Positions 55,138 to 64,000 of a DNA stretch of 64,000 bases are shown in pieces (position 1 is the first letter of the stretch; every line of letters starts with the position of its first letter). Where the stretch lies: positions 1,751 through 65,750 of the forward strand of contig JBJTOU010000053.1 in NCBI GenBank assembly GCA_046074725.1, in the 5' to 3' direction. The position numbers were made by a program, and so were the translations under genes. The notes beneath the pieces were generated by a model that ran no database searches, had not been told where the DNA came from, and was given only the letters and a program-made list of their open reading frames with translations. This DNA is from Planctomycetia bacterium (lineage in GTDB: Bacteria; Planctomycetota; Planctomycetia; Pirellulales; UBA1268).

Positions 55138-58100
55138 TCACGGGATTCGTGTGCCTGCACCATCGGGCTTCGCAGCGGCGGCCTTGATCGCGGCGAGCCC
55201 CTCGGGATTCTGACCGCGGGCCTTCTGGATATCCTGCAGCAGGTCGTCGAATCGCTGCCGCATCAGCTCACCGCCGAGCGCCGGGGCGAGTTTGTAGGTG
55301 ATCGCGATGGAGGTGGCCGCCTTCTCAAGGAGCGCATCGCGTTTGGACGCATCCTTCTCGGCCCAGGCGCGGTAGCACTCCGACACGCGGAGCCGTGCAT
55401 CGAAAAACTGCTCCTGGGCCCGTTCCGCCCGTTCGCCCGCCCCGGAAAAGGCTGGCCGCACGAGCTTATTGGCGATCCCACCCCACCCCCATGGCGCACT
55501 GTCGCCGCGCTTTCCGCCATTGATCGCCTCGTGAAACAGTTTCGCGGCCTCGACGGGATCGTCCGACGCCTCAGCCTGTGCCTGGGAGATCTCGGCGGCC
55601 CTGAACTGTGCGTCGATCATGTTCTGGCGACGTGCATCCGAGAGAAACCACTCGACATGACCGCGTGCCTTGTCCCATTCCCTGCGATCACGGTAGATGC
55701 CGGCGATCTTGAGCCGAAGGGACGGCTCATATCCACCGAGTTCGGTGGCCCGTTCCCCGAGCAGCCCCTCGTACACCTCGGCCGCCTTCGCGAGGTATTC
55801 CTTGGCCTTCGCCTTCGACGCCGAGGCACCGCTTCCTTCGCCGGAGGCGAGGGCGTCGTACATGCTGGCCACCCACATCTGCGACGCGATCTTGTCGTCC
55901 CGCTTGGCCACCCGGTCGAGAAACATTTCGAATCCGGCCAGGACCGCTGCGGTGCGCTCGCCGGCGGAGGGATCCTTCGACCCGGCCAGGGCCTGCAACT
56001 GCTCCTGCAGATCCCGCCCCATGGAGAGATACATCGACGTGAGCCTGGCGGCGGCGGCTTCGCCCGAGCCCGCCCGCTCCTCGAGCAGGTTCATGGCCTG
56101 CTCCGCTTTCGGGATCTGCTGCGACGCGATGAAGTACCGCAGCGCGAGCGTCAGCACATTGCCGACCGCCGCATCGGACATTCCCTGGGGCAGCGTGCCC
56201 GTGACGGCCGTCCACGGCCCGTATGTCGGATGTTCGAGCAGCTTCGCCACGGTGGCATCGTCGCCATCCTCGATCGCCATCTGGCACCGCGACAGTGCCG
56301 CGGTCACGCTCAATGCGTCGGCCGGCCCACCCTTGGCCACCCGCGCGAGCCCCTCGTCGAGAGCCGACACGGCCCGTTTCCGCATCGCGGCGACGGCTTC
56401 GTCGGAGGATGGGTCCACACCGTCGCGACGTCGGGCCTCCTGGACCTCCCGCGAAAGCCCCATACCCGCCCGTAGGAGCACCTCCTCGCGGCGAGGCATC
56501 TGTGCTGGAATCATGTCGAGCACGGCCATGATGCGGTTCGGCGTATGGGCATCGACGGCCGCGGCGATCACCACGATGGCGGCATCAGCGGCCTCCTTGC
56601 TGTCGGGCCACCCGCGGACGATCGTCTCGGCCGCTGCGCCGCACTTGGCACGTGCGTCGGCCGACCAGTCCGAGTCGGCCTGTCGCTGCAACTGCTGCCA
56701 CGACGCCATGGCGATCATCGCGGCCTGGCTGCTTCCGCGACTGCTCGGATAGCGGTCCGCGAGGAACCCTCCCAGGGTCGCAGCCTCGTGCCAGCGCTTG
56801 CCCTCGTAAAGCAGGAACGTCAGTAGCATGCGAGCCTGGTTGACATCCTCGAGTTCCTCGCCGCGAGAAAGTGACAACGACTTTACAACCACTGCCGTCG
56901 CCTGATCCCGGGCCTCCGTGGCAGCCCGCTCCGCCGCATGCTTTTCATCCTCCTTGCCCTCGGCGGCGGCCTCTCTCGCCTGAAGCTGCTTCTCCTGCAT
57001 GGTGGTGATCGACAGCCGCGCCTGATCCATCATGGACGAGAAGGAAGCATCGTCGGCCGCCACCACGTCGAAGTCGCCCCCCAAGCGGGCCAGCAGATCG
57101 CGTGCTTCGATCGCATGGTCACGGCCGGCTTTTGCGACCTCGGTCGCAAGCTTCCTGGCATTCCGCTGCAGGAGGTCTCGCTTCGCCTTCTCCGAATCTG
57201 GGATCGCTGTCGCCCGGCGGTCGAGCATCAGGGCCGCGCGGTACTTCATGGCGAGTACGTCGGAGTCGACCTTGTCGTCCGGCACCGGAGCCATCGCGAT
57301 CTTAAGCAGGGAGTCGGTCAGGGCGTCATAGTGTTCGGCCGTCAGCCAGCACTCGAGCGACGTGCCGAGGGCCCTGACGCGAAGCGTATCGACCAAGTCC
57401 CCGCTTCCCTCCATCGCCAGCGTGTCAGCCAGCGTCGTGAGCGCCTTCGTGCAGTCGCCGAGGGCCGCGTAGTTGCGCCCCTCGTTGCACCTCGCCAGCA
57501 GGCCGGCACCACGCGTCGGGTATTTTTTGAACAGGTCGGCGTATCGCTTGGTCGATTCGTCGAGGGCCGCCTTCCACGCGGGCGACTTCGGCTCGAGCGC
57601 CCGTGACGAATCGAAATAGGCGTCGGCGATCAGGAGCCGCACCTGCAGAAGTTGGCCCCGGAGCGTTTCGCGACCCTCCTCCATCCGCATGATGGATCGC
57701 ATGTCGGTCTTCGGCATCGCAGGCCGCTTCGTGGGTGCCTTGGCTTCCTTGTCGCCATCGTCGCGAGATTGATCGCCGGCATCGGCGGTGTCTACTTGCG
57801 TCGAGGCCGCCTTGAGCGCCGCATCGACCTCGCGGAGTGCCTTGAGAACGGCGTTCTCAGCATTGTTCACGTCGGTGATCGTCTGATCCTGGGCGGGGGA
57901 TGTCCCCTTCAACACGGCGATGGCCTGTTCGAAGAACGGACCCGCCGCCACTCGCAGCTTTTCGACGTCCGCCCCCGGCTGCCTTGACTTATCGAGCGTC
58001 ATCCTGCCGCGCGCGACGAGCAGCGTGCCCTTTTGAATCAGTGCCTCGATCCGACGATCGAGAGGGGGGTCGGACTGGAGGAAGGCATCCATCGCCTTTT

Positions 58101-58425
58101 GTGCCTGGTCGAGCAGTCCGGCCCGCTTCTCGGGATCGGACTCCGATCTGGTCATCCCGACGAGTGCGGAAGCCCTCCTGAAGGCCACCTCCTGCTTCAC
58201 CTCCTGGCCTGCCGCTGCGTCAGCGGCCACCCTATCGAGAACCCACAGCGCCACGTCGGGCATCCGTTGCTCATCGAGCGCCTTGAGCAGCTTGATGGCG
58301 GTCCTGTCGCCCAGTGCCGGCGGTGGCACGTCCGCAGCCACGCCGCCGGTTGACATGACGGCGAAGACGGCTGCGGCTCCCCACATGATCACCCGCGAAT
58401 GATGATGGAGAGAAACGACGGTCAT
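55138..58425 (-). CDS. Large (1095 aa) secreted alpha-helical/TPR-like repeat protein
   Basis: MTVVSLHHHSRVIMWGAAAVFAVMSTGGVAADV is signal-like. It is followed by long Ala/Leu/Asp/Lys-rich helical repeats. It is the first gene of the cluster ending in exbB-exbD-exbD. Confidence 0.75.
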   Translation of the reverse strand: MTVVSLHHHSRVIMWGAAAVFAVMSTGGVAADVPPPALGDRTAIKLLKALDEQRMPDVALWVLDRVAADAAAGQEVKQEVAFRRASALVGMTRSESDPEKRAGLLDQAQKAMDAFLQSDPPLDRRIEALIQKGTLLVARGRMTLDKSRQPGADVEKLRVAAGPFFEQAIAVLKGTSPAQDQTITDVNNAENAVLKALREVDAALKAASTQVDTADAGDQSRDDGDKEAKAPTKRPAMPKTDMRSIMRMEEGRETLRGQLLQVRLLIADAYFDSSRALEPKSPAWKAALDESTKRYADLFKKYPTRGAGLLARCNEGRNYAALGDCTKALTTLADTLAMEGSGDLVDTLRVRALGTSLECWLTAEHYDALTDSLLKIAMAPVPDDKVDSDVLAMKYRAALMLDRRATAIPDSEKAKRDLLQRNARKLATEVAKAGRDHAIEARDLLARLGGDFDVVAADDASFSSMMDQARLSITTMQEKQLQAREAAAEGKEDEKHAAERAATEARDQATAVVVKSLSLSRGEELEDVNQARMLLTFLLYEGKRWHEAATLGGFLADRYPSSRGSSQAAMIAMASWQQLQRQADSDWSADARAKCGAAAETIVRGWPDSKEAADAAIVVIAAAVDAHTPNRIMAVLDMIPAQMPRREEVLLRAGMGLSREVQEARRRDGVDPSSDEAVAAMRKRAVSALDEGLARVAKGGPADALSVTAALSRCQMAIEDGDDATVAKLLEHPTYGPWTAVTGTLPQGMSDAAVGNVLTLALRYFIASQQIPKAEQAMNLLEERAGSGEAAAARLTSMYLSMGRDLQEQLQALAGSKDPSAGERTAAVLAGFEMFLDRVAKRDDKIASQMWVASMYDALASGEGSGASASKAKAKEYLAKAAEVYEGLLGERATELGGYEPSLRLKIAGIYRDRREWDKARGHVEWFLSDARRQNMIDAQFRAAEISQAQAEASDDPVEAAKLFHEAINGGKRGDSAPWGWGGIANKLVRPAFSGAGERAERAQEQFFDARLRVSECYRAWAEKDASKRDALLEKAATSIAITYKLAPALGGELMRQRFDDLLQDIQKARGQNPEGLAAIKAAAAKPDGAGTRIP

Positions 58426-58535
58426 AGCCCAACAGCCAACGGATCGGACCGGTCGGCACACGCGGAAACCCGAACCGACATTCTGGTAGGCCGATAAAAG
58501 GCAGTCAAACCAGCGAAAGGCTTTTCCCCGCTGAA

Positions 58536-60212
58536 TCAGCCGACCGAGGCGACACGATCCTTGGGCGCAGTCCTCGACGCGGCGCCGCTGGCGGCCAGCC
58601 ACAATGGAAGCCTGCCTGCGGGCGGCAAAACGACTACCCGTGCCGACCGCACACCAGGACAGGCAGCGACCTCGGCTACGGCCTCCGCAGAGGGCTTCTG
58701 GTCGAGATTCAGCACGCCGATCGCGTCGCCGCCGGGAGCCGAGCGGCCGACGGTCATCTGGGCGATGTTCACCCCCATGCGGCCAAACGCGTTGCCGACG
58801 CGGCCGATGATGCCTGGCACGTCGCTGTGCGTGAACACCAGAAGCGTCCCGTCGAGATAGGCTTCGAGGCGATGCCCCTCGAGCTGCACCAGCCGCGGCA
58901 TCGAATGGCCGAAGAGGGTGCCCGCGGCGCGATGCACCCGATCGCCCGACACCATGTCGACCGCCACGACGGAGCTGAACGCCCCCGGATCGGTGCGGCT
59001 CTGCTCAACGACATCGATGCCCCGGTCCCGCAGCAGCACTTCGGCGTTGACGATGTTCACGTCCTCGATGGCCGATTCGAGCAATCCGGCGGCGAACGCG
59101 GCGGTCACGAGTCGGGTGTTTCTCGAGGCGATCTCGCCGCGGTAGGCGATCGAGCAGGATCGCGGCGGGCCATCGTCGAGTTGGGAGAGCAGCAGGCCCA
59201 GTCGCCATGCGAGATCGAGAAAGCCCCGGACGCTCTCCAGAGCTGCCGGGTCGATCGAACTGGAATTGACGGCATGGCGGATGGCGCCGGTAGTCAGAAA
59301 ATCGACGAGCAAGCCGACGCCCTCGACCGCCACCTGCGACTGGGCCTCCTCCGTGCTGGCCCCGAGATGCGGCGTCACGAGCACTCCCGGCATGCCAAAG
59401 AGCGGGCTGTCTGTGCATGGCTCCTTCTCGAAGACATCGAGCGCCACTCCTCCGATGACGCCGCTCGTGAGCCCATCGACGAGCGCCGCCTCGTCGTAGA
59501 TGCCGCCGCGAGCGCAGTTGATGAGCCGAACGCCCTTCTTGAGTTTGGAAAGATCGGGCATCCCGATCAGGTGACGGGTGTCTTCCGTCAACGGCGTGTG
59601 CACCGTGATGTAATCGGCGTGGGGGAACAGGTCCGCGACCCCGGGGAACAATTCGATCCCGAGTTCAGCCGCCCGATCCGGCGAGAGGAACGGATCGTAA
59701 CCGATGACCCTCATATCGAAGGCCCTCGCCCGAGCGGCCACGGCCTGGCCGATCCGCCCGAGGCCGACGATGGCGAGCGTCTTCCCGGCAAGTTGCACGC
59801 CCATGAACTTGTTGCGGTCCCACCGATGGTCACGGAGGCTCGCGTCGGCGGCGGCGATGTTCCTCGACAGCGCCAGGATCAGGGCAAACGCATGCTCGGC
59901 CGTGCTGACGGTATTGCCGGCCGGCGTATTCATCACGACGATGCCCTGCCGGGTCGCCGCATCCTTGTCGATGTTGTCGGTCCCCACGCCGGCACGAACG
60001 ATCGCCTTGAGGCGTTGGTTTCCGGCGAGGGCGTCGGCGGTGATCTTCACACCACTGCGGCAAATCGCCCCATCGTGGGCCGCCAGCGCCTCCCGCAGCG
60101 CGGCTCCGGCGAGGCCGGTGACCACCTCGTAGGTGATGCCCTGGGAGGCGGCCCGATCGAGCAGGGCCAGTCCGTCCGGGCTCAGGGTGTAGAGAACGAT
60201 GATCGATGGCAT
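58536..60212 (-). CDS. serA: D-3-phosphoglycerate dehydrogenase (long form with ASB/ACT domains)
   Basis: MPSIIVLYTLSP..., LAIVGLGRIGQAVAARA, CARGGIYDEAAL, VTPHLGAST. ACT-like C-terminus. ATG confirmed at 60210-60212. Confidence 0.92.
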   Translation of the reverse strand: MPSIIVLYTLSPDGLALLDRAASQGITYEVVTGLAGAALREALAAHDGAICRSGVKITADALAGNQRLKAIVRAGVGTDNIDKDAATRQGIVVMNTPAGNTVSTAEHAFALILALSRNIAAADASLRDHRWDRNKFMGVQLAGKTLAIVGLGRIGQAVAARARAFDMRVIGYDPFLSPDRAAELGIELFPGVADLFPHADYITVHTPLTEDTRHLIGMPDLSKLKKGVRLINCARGGIYDEAALVDGLTSGVIGGVALDVFEKEPCTDSPLFGMPGVLVTPHLGASTEEAQSQVAVEGVGLLVDFLTTGAIRHAVNSSSIDPAALESVRGFLDLAWRLGLLLSQLDDGPPRSCSIAYRGEIASRNTRLVTAAFAAGLLESAIEDVNIVNAEVLLRDRGIDVVEQSRTDPGAFSSVVAVDMVSGDRVHRAAGTLFGHSMPRLVQLEGHRLEAYLDGTLLVFTHSDVPGIIGRVGNAFGRMGVNIAQMTVGRSAPGGDAIGVLNLDQKPSAEAVAEVAACPGVRSARVVVLPPAGRLPLWLAASGAASRTAPKDRVASVG

Positions 60213-60259
60213 CTCGGTTCCTTCCGCAACGGGGACGAAGTGTGGGCTGGGCCGGAACG

Positions 60260-61357
60260 TCAGGACTGGCGGGACCGCTGGAAATCGACCATGTAATCCC
60301 GCAGTGCCTCCACACCCTCGGTCGGCATGGCATTGTAGATGCTCGCGCGGATTCCCCCCACGGAACGATGTCCCTTGAGGTCGATCAGCCCGTGGGCCGT
60401 CGCACCCGCGACGAATTCCTTTTCGAGGTTCTCCGCCGGCAATCGAAACGTCACGTTCATGTCGGAGCGACAATCGGGACGGGCATGGCCGGCATAGAAG
60501 CCGCCCGAGCCGTCGATCACGTCGTAGAGCAGCTTCGCCTTGGCGGCGTTGTGCTGCTGCATCGCCGCGAGGCCGCCCATCGTGTCGCGTGCCCATCGGC
60601 AGACGAGGCCAAGCACATAGACCGCGAACACCGGCGGCGTGTTGGCCCGCGAGCCATTCTTGGCATGGGTGCGGTAGTCGAGCATGGTCGGGAGGTCATC
60701 GCGGCTTCGACCGAGCAGATCCTTGCGGATGATCACCACGGTCACGCCGGCGATCCCGGCGTTCTTCTGGGCGCAGGCATAAATCAGCCCGTATTTTGAA
60801 ACGTCGATCGGGCGGGAGAGAAAATCGCTCGAGCAGTCGCAGACCAGCGGTGCTCCCCCGACGGCCGGCTCCCGCTTCCACTGCACGCCCTGGATCGTCT
60901 CATTGCTGGTCACATGCACGTAGGCCGGCCCTTGGGAGCATGCGATCTCACCGTCGGAGGGCAGCCTGTCATAGCCGCTCGACGCCCCATCCCAGGCCAC
61001 ATGCACGGCCCCCTCACGCCGTGCTTCCTTCGCCCCGGTCACGCCCCAGGTGCCCGTCAGGATGTAGTCGGCGGAGGCCTTCTGGCCCCGAAGAAGGTTC
61101 ATCGGCACCATGGAAAACTGGAGACTGGCGCCCCCCTGGAGCAAGAGCACCTCGTGATCGTTCCCGATCCCGACCAGATCCCGCAGATCGGCCATGGTGC
61201 GGTCGAGGATCGAATCGAACGCTGGGCTGCGATGGCTGATCTCGAGGATCGAGATACCCACTCCAGGCAGCGAGAGGAGCTCTTCCTGGGCCTGCTGCAA
61301 GACCGGCAACGGGAGGACGGCAGGGCCCGGTGAAAAATTGAATACCCGCTCCGTCAC
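60260..61357 (-). CDS. serC: Phosphoserine aminotransferase
   Basis: TERVFNFSPGPAVLPLPVLQQAQEEL, HRSPAFDSI, LLLQGGASLQF. GTG 61357 is preferred. In-frame GTGs also occur at 61381 and 61405 (the track start). Confidence 0.9.
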   Translation of the reverse strand: MTERVFNFSPGPAVLPLPVLQQAQEELLSLPGVGISILEISHRSPAFDSILDRTMADLRDLVGIGNDHEVLLLQGGASLQFSMVPMNLLRGQKASADYILTGTWGVTGAKEARREGAVHVAWDGASSGYDRLPSDGEIACSQGPAYVHVTSNETIQGVQWKREPAVGGAPLVCDCSSDFLSRPIDVSKYGLIYACAQKNAGIAGVTVVIIRKDLLGRSRDDLPTMLDYRTHAKNGSRANTPPVFAVYVLGLVCRWARDTMGGLAAMQQHNAAKAKLLYDVIDGSGGFYAGHARPDCRSDMNVTFRLPAENLEKEFVAGATAHGLIDLKGHRSVGGIRASIYNAMPTEGVEALRDYMVDFQRSRQS

Positions 61358-61478
61358 CGAGCCGACAACGCGCTCCGTCACTGCCTCACTCCCGAATGGG
61401 CACACGCCGCTTCGGTCGCTCCAGCGACCCCGTGAAGCGCCATGTTTTCGACGAGAATAGAACCCACCCGGGGCATGG

Positions 61479-62231
61479 TCAACGGGCGACGGTTCCGGAG
61501 GCGACCGGAGGCTGAGATGCCGTCGGGATCGCGGCTGACGGGACCGGAAAGCCCGTCGGAGGGGGCAGGGCTGCCATGCGGGCGGAGGAGAGTTCGGCGT
61601 TCAGGCTCGCCACTCGGGCGGCGACCGTCGGCTGCTTCGGGTCGATCGCCAGGGAGCGGGAATAGTCGGCCAGCGCCTGGGATGGGTCACCTGCAGATTC
61701 CCTCAATCGCCCGAGCGCCACCAAAGCTCGTGGATTGTTCGGGGCGATCGCCAACGCATCGACGAGATGATTTTCGGCCATCTTCGCATCGCCATGCTCC
61801 TCGCACAGACGCGCCAATTCGATCTGGGGTGTCGGATTCATCGGCTGCCGGCACGACCACGCCTCCATCTGCGCCATCGCCTCGTTGGTCCTGTTCTGCT
61901 CCGCAAGCAGTACGGCCATGGCCCGCTGACAGGCGGCATGATCGGGACTCCGCGCCAGGCAGAGGTGATAATACTGCTCTGCCGTCTTCAGATCCGATGG
62001 CCGATGAAAGAGCTTCGCCTGCTGGTGGTAGGTCGCCCCGAGGTTGTAGAAGCAGTCGGGGTTGCCGGGCTGGCGCGCCAGCGCACCCTGAAAGTGGTTG
62101 ACCGCCCCGAGGTAATTCCCCTGCTGATAGAGTTTCACCCCTTCGGAATTCTCGCTCCGGGCGATCGCCCCGCAGCCACTCGCGGCAGCCATCAGGGCGC
62201 AGAGGGCCGCATGGAAGATGGCCGTCGCCAT
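61479..62231 (-). CDS. TPR repeat putative lipoprotein
   Basis: MATAIFHAALCALMAAASGCGAI has a lipobox (ASGC). TPR units follow, for example YQQGNYLGAVNHFQGALARQPGNPDCFYNLGATY. Confidence 0.75.
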   Translation of the reverse strand: MATAIFHAALCALMAAASGCGAIARSENSEGVKLYQQGNYLGAVNHFQGALARQPGNPDCFYNLGATYHQQAKLFHRPSDLKTAEQYYHLCLARSPDHAACQRAMAVLLAEQNRTNEAMAQMEAWSCRQPMNPTPQIELARLCEEHGDAKMAENHLVDALAIAPNNPRALVALGRLRESAGDPSQALADYSRSLAIDPKQPTVAARVASLNAELSSARMAALPPPTGFPVPSAAIPTASQPPVASGTVAR

Positions 62232-62375
62232 GGGCGGGGAGTCGGACTGGCATTCGGGCCGGATCATGGGGGCGAAACCGTACCTGCCGCGCGCGAACGA
62301 CGGCAAGGCCGGCCAGCCTTCCCAGTCCGCCGGCCTTTCCCGGAGCATCTGCCGATGCCCCCGCTGGTGACGGCC

Positions 62376-62585
62376 TCACACGGCGTCCGACCGAACGTAT
62401 CCGAGGGATCGCACCACTTCGAGAATCTCGCTGCAGGTTGGAAACATCCGGCCACTGGCCCGCTTGTAGGCCTCGAGCGCCCGCATGAATTCGAGTTCAT
62501 CCGGCGCGTAGTCACGTTCGCAGGTGGCGGGGTCGATGTACCGCCGGCGGGCACCGCGAGACAGCGAAGTTCGGCGAAGGCTCAT
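62376..62585 (-). CDS. Small basic hypothetical protein (69 aa)
   Basis: ATG 62585 is preceded by [72 protein letters not shown]. An alternative ATG is at 62633. Confidence 0.45.
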   Translation of the reverse strand: MSLRRTSLSRGARRRYIDPATCERDYAPDELEFMRALEAYKRASGRMFPTCSEILEVVRSLGYVRSDAV

Positions 62586-62804
62586 CGGACCCTTACGACA
62601 TGCGAAACCGGCTTGAACGGCGGTGGCGGGCATGGGGGTATCTCCGGGTGGGTGTGTCAAACTCTGCTGAAAGTATTGCCGCTGACTGCGGCGAAGACCG
62701 TGCGGGTGGGCGAATCTCTGCCCGATTTCGGCATGGCGCGGATCGGGAAACCCGTGCTGCCCGCGTGACCGGCACGATCGGCACACGCGACACACTGAGG
62801 GGGG

Positions 62805-63425
62805 CTACCGATTGCCGAAGAGCTTCTTGAGCGCCTCGGCCGCGGCCTCGCGTGACGACGCTACCGTCTTCTTCGCTTCCTGCGGCAGCCCGCTCGGATG
62901 GGTCCGGGAGGCTTTCAGTTCGTCGATGTTGATGCGGGTGACGCCGGACCTGTCGGCCTCCGGCGATGCGTGGTCCGGACCGGACGGGTCGACTGGCGTC
63001 GGCACGGCGGAGGTCTGCGTGGTGTCGTGAATGATTCCCGACGCGGTGCTGTCGGCGAGCAGCCACCGCGACACCTCGTCTTCATCGTTCCACGACGCAG
63101 GCGAGGCCGCGGCTGGGGTTTCTTTCCGTTCGGTCCCCCCGGAGACCCTCAGCTCAAGGTTTCCCACCTTGATCACGTCGCCGTCAAACACTTTCGTCTT
63201 CTCGGTGATCTTGTTGCCGTTGACGAACGTGCCGTTGCGGCTTCCGAGGTCCTCCACCCACACGACGTCCGGCTCGATCCTGACCGCACAGTGCCGCCGG
63301 CTCACCTCGTCGCTCAGGGGTCGAACATCACACTCCTCCGCCCGCCCGACGAGGAGCTGATCCCGCTTGATGGCGATCGTTTTCCCGGCGCTCTTGCCCG
63401 ACACAATGACAAGCTTCGTCGTCAT
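62805..63425 (-). CDS. FHA domain-containing protein with a disordered C-terminal half
   Basis: MTTKLVIVSGKSAGKTIAIKRDQLLVGRAEECDVRPLSDEVSRRHCAVRIEPDVVWVEDLGSRNGTFVNG. Confidence 0.88.
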   Translation of the reverse strand: MTTKLVIVSGKSAGKTIAIKRDQLLVGRAEECDVRPLSDEVSRRHCAVRIEPDVVWVEDLGSRNGTFVNGNKITEKTKVFDGDVIKVGNLELRVSGGTERKETPAAASPASWNDEDEVSRWLLADSTASGIIHDTTQTSAVPTPVDPSGPDHASPEADRSGVTRINIDELKASRTHPSGLPQEAKKTVASSREAAAEALKKLFGNR

Positions 63426-63606
63426 GGTTCGCCGCTCCACCGCCGAAATCGATGACCGGTCTCTAGTACCCGTCGCGAACGCCGCAAAGCTCGGACGCTC
63501 TCCCCCGGGGAAACGAATTGTACTCACACCATGGCCTTCTTCCATATCCCCCTTCCGGCCACTCGCAAACAACCTCCTGAGACCATGCCCCAGGAATGAC
63601 GCGGCA

Positions 63607-64000
63607 TCACCGCCGCGACGTCCAGCGATCGGATGCAAACCGCTCCCGGGCTGCATTGAGCCCCGGCCACGCACCGGCACAAAACGGGCCATCCTGCCGG
63701 CTCAAAGGCTGCCCGAGGGCTGCCGCCACGCGGTGGAGCCATTCCTCCACGAGCCCCCTGGCACCTGCGTCATGCGACCAGTCGCCCCCCACGCACTCAG
63801 CCAGCCCCGGATGGCGGCCCGATGAACCGACATCAAGGTTGCGCCGCACGAGCAGGCTGCCGTGCTGGAGGACCGCAGCGGCCAGTCGCCGCTGTGCACT
63901 GCCCATGATTTTCGGCTCATGTGCCCCGGAGAGGGCCGGATGCTCCAACACCAGATCGCCCGGCGATCGCCTGTCGAAACAGAGAAACGGCTCCCCATCG
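63607..64000 (-). CDS. Lipoate-protein ligase / BPL-LplA family protein, C-terminal part (5' end beyond the window)
   Basis: Own translation to the window edge gives ...EPFLCFDRRSPGDLVLEHPALSGAHEPKIMGSAQRRLAAAVLQHGSLLV, which contains the LplA/LipB-family K-x-x-GSAQRR core. Confidence 0.75.
   Translation of the reverse strand, partial: DGEPFLCFDRRSPGDLVLEHPALSGAHEPKIMGSAQRRLAAAVLQHGSLLVRRNLDVGSSGRHPGLAECVGGDWSHDAGARGLVEEWLHRVAAALGQPLSRQDGPFCAGAWPGLNAARERFASDRWTSRR

Noticed and set aside
1-64000. CRISPR arrays, rRNA genes and IS elements
   Set aside because: I saw no regularly spaced direct repeats, and the only tandem repeat is the coding 15-mer at 46531-46593. I saw no rRNA-like conserved strings and no transposase-like ORFs in any frame of the track.

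Overview
This is a strongly GC-rich, densely coded chromosomal segment with GC3-biased codons. I support about 57 protein genes and one tRNA. I found no rRNA, CRISPR array, transposase or prophage genes. The gene content suggests a Planctomycetota-like genome, but that is inference only: TAT-signal Gfo/Idh/MocA oxidoreductase with DoxX, a DUF3500-like protein, many TPR proteins, an ExbB/ExbD cluster without TonB, and McsA/McsB.

Most of the window is housekeeping: gltX, recA, alaS, tpx, manA, rluB, pyrK, rpsT, a cobA-hemD fusion, coaD, trpE, trpA, trpB, metH, xerD, serA, serC, sod and tRNA-Asp.

The observations most worth a second look are:
1. Two inverted copies, about 90% identical, of a ~170-nt noncoding element. 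Each begins right after a TAG stop (10757-10923 and 31087-31257).
2. A translationally coupled three-gene operon (45405-47076): a small membrane anchor, a BY-kinase/ParA-like P-loop protein and an ExeA-like AAA protein. Both Walker A lysines are replaced.
3. An ABC nucleotide-binding-domain homolog with every catalytic motif degenerate, coupled by an ATGA overlap to trpE where trpG usually sits.
4. An imuA-imuB-dnaE2 mutagenesis cassette. Its AT-rich divergent control region carries a 16-mer that recurs in the recA leader.
5. A secreted protein with a clan-CD-peptidase-like His/Cys layout, divergent from imuA.
6. A 440-bp non-coding convergent gap with long-range complementarity.

None of these is demonstrated to be a new system. 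All need database and expression checks.

Technical note: the ORF track renders GTG and TTG starts as M, for example at 7517, 15078, 22625, 29166, 35998 and 61405. It also contains many long antisense shadow ORFs typical of high-GC DNA. I re-assigned several starts accordingly.
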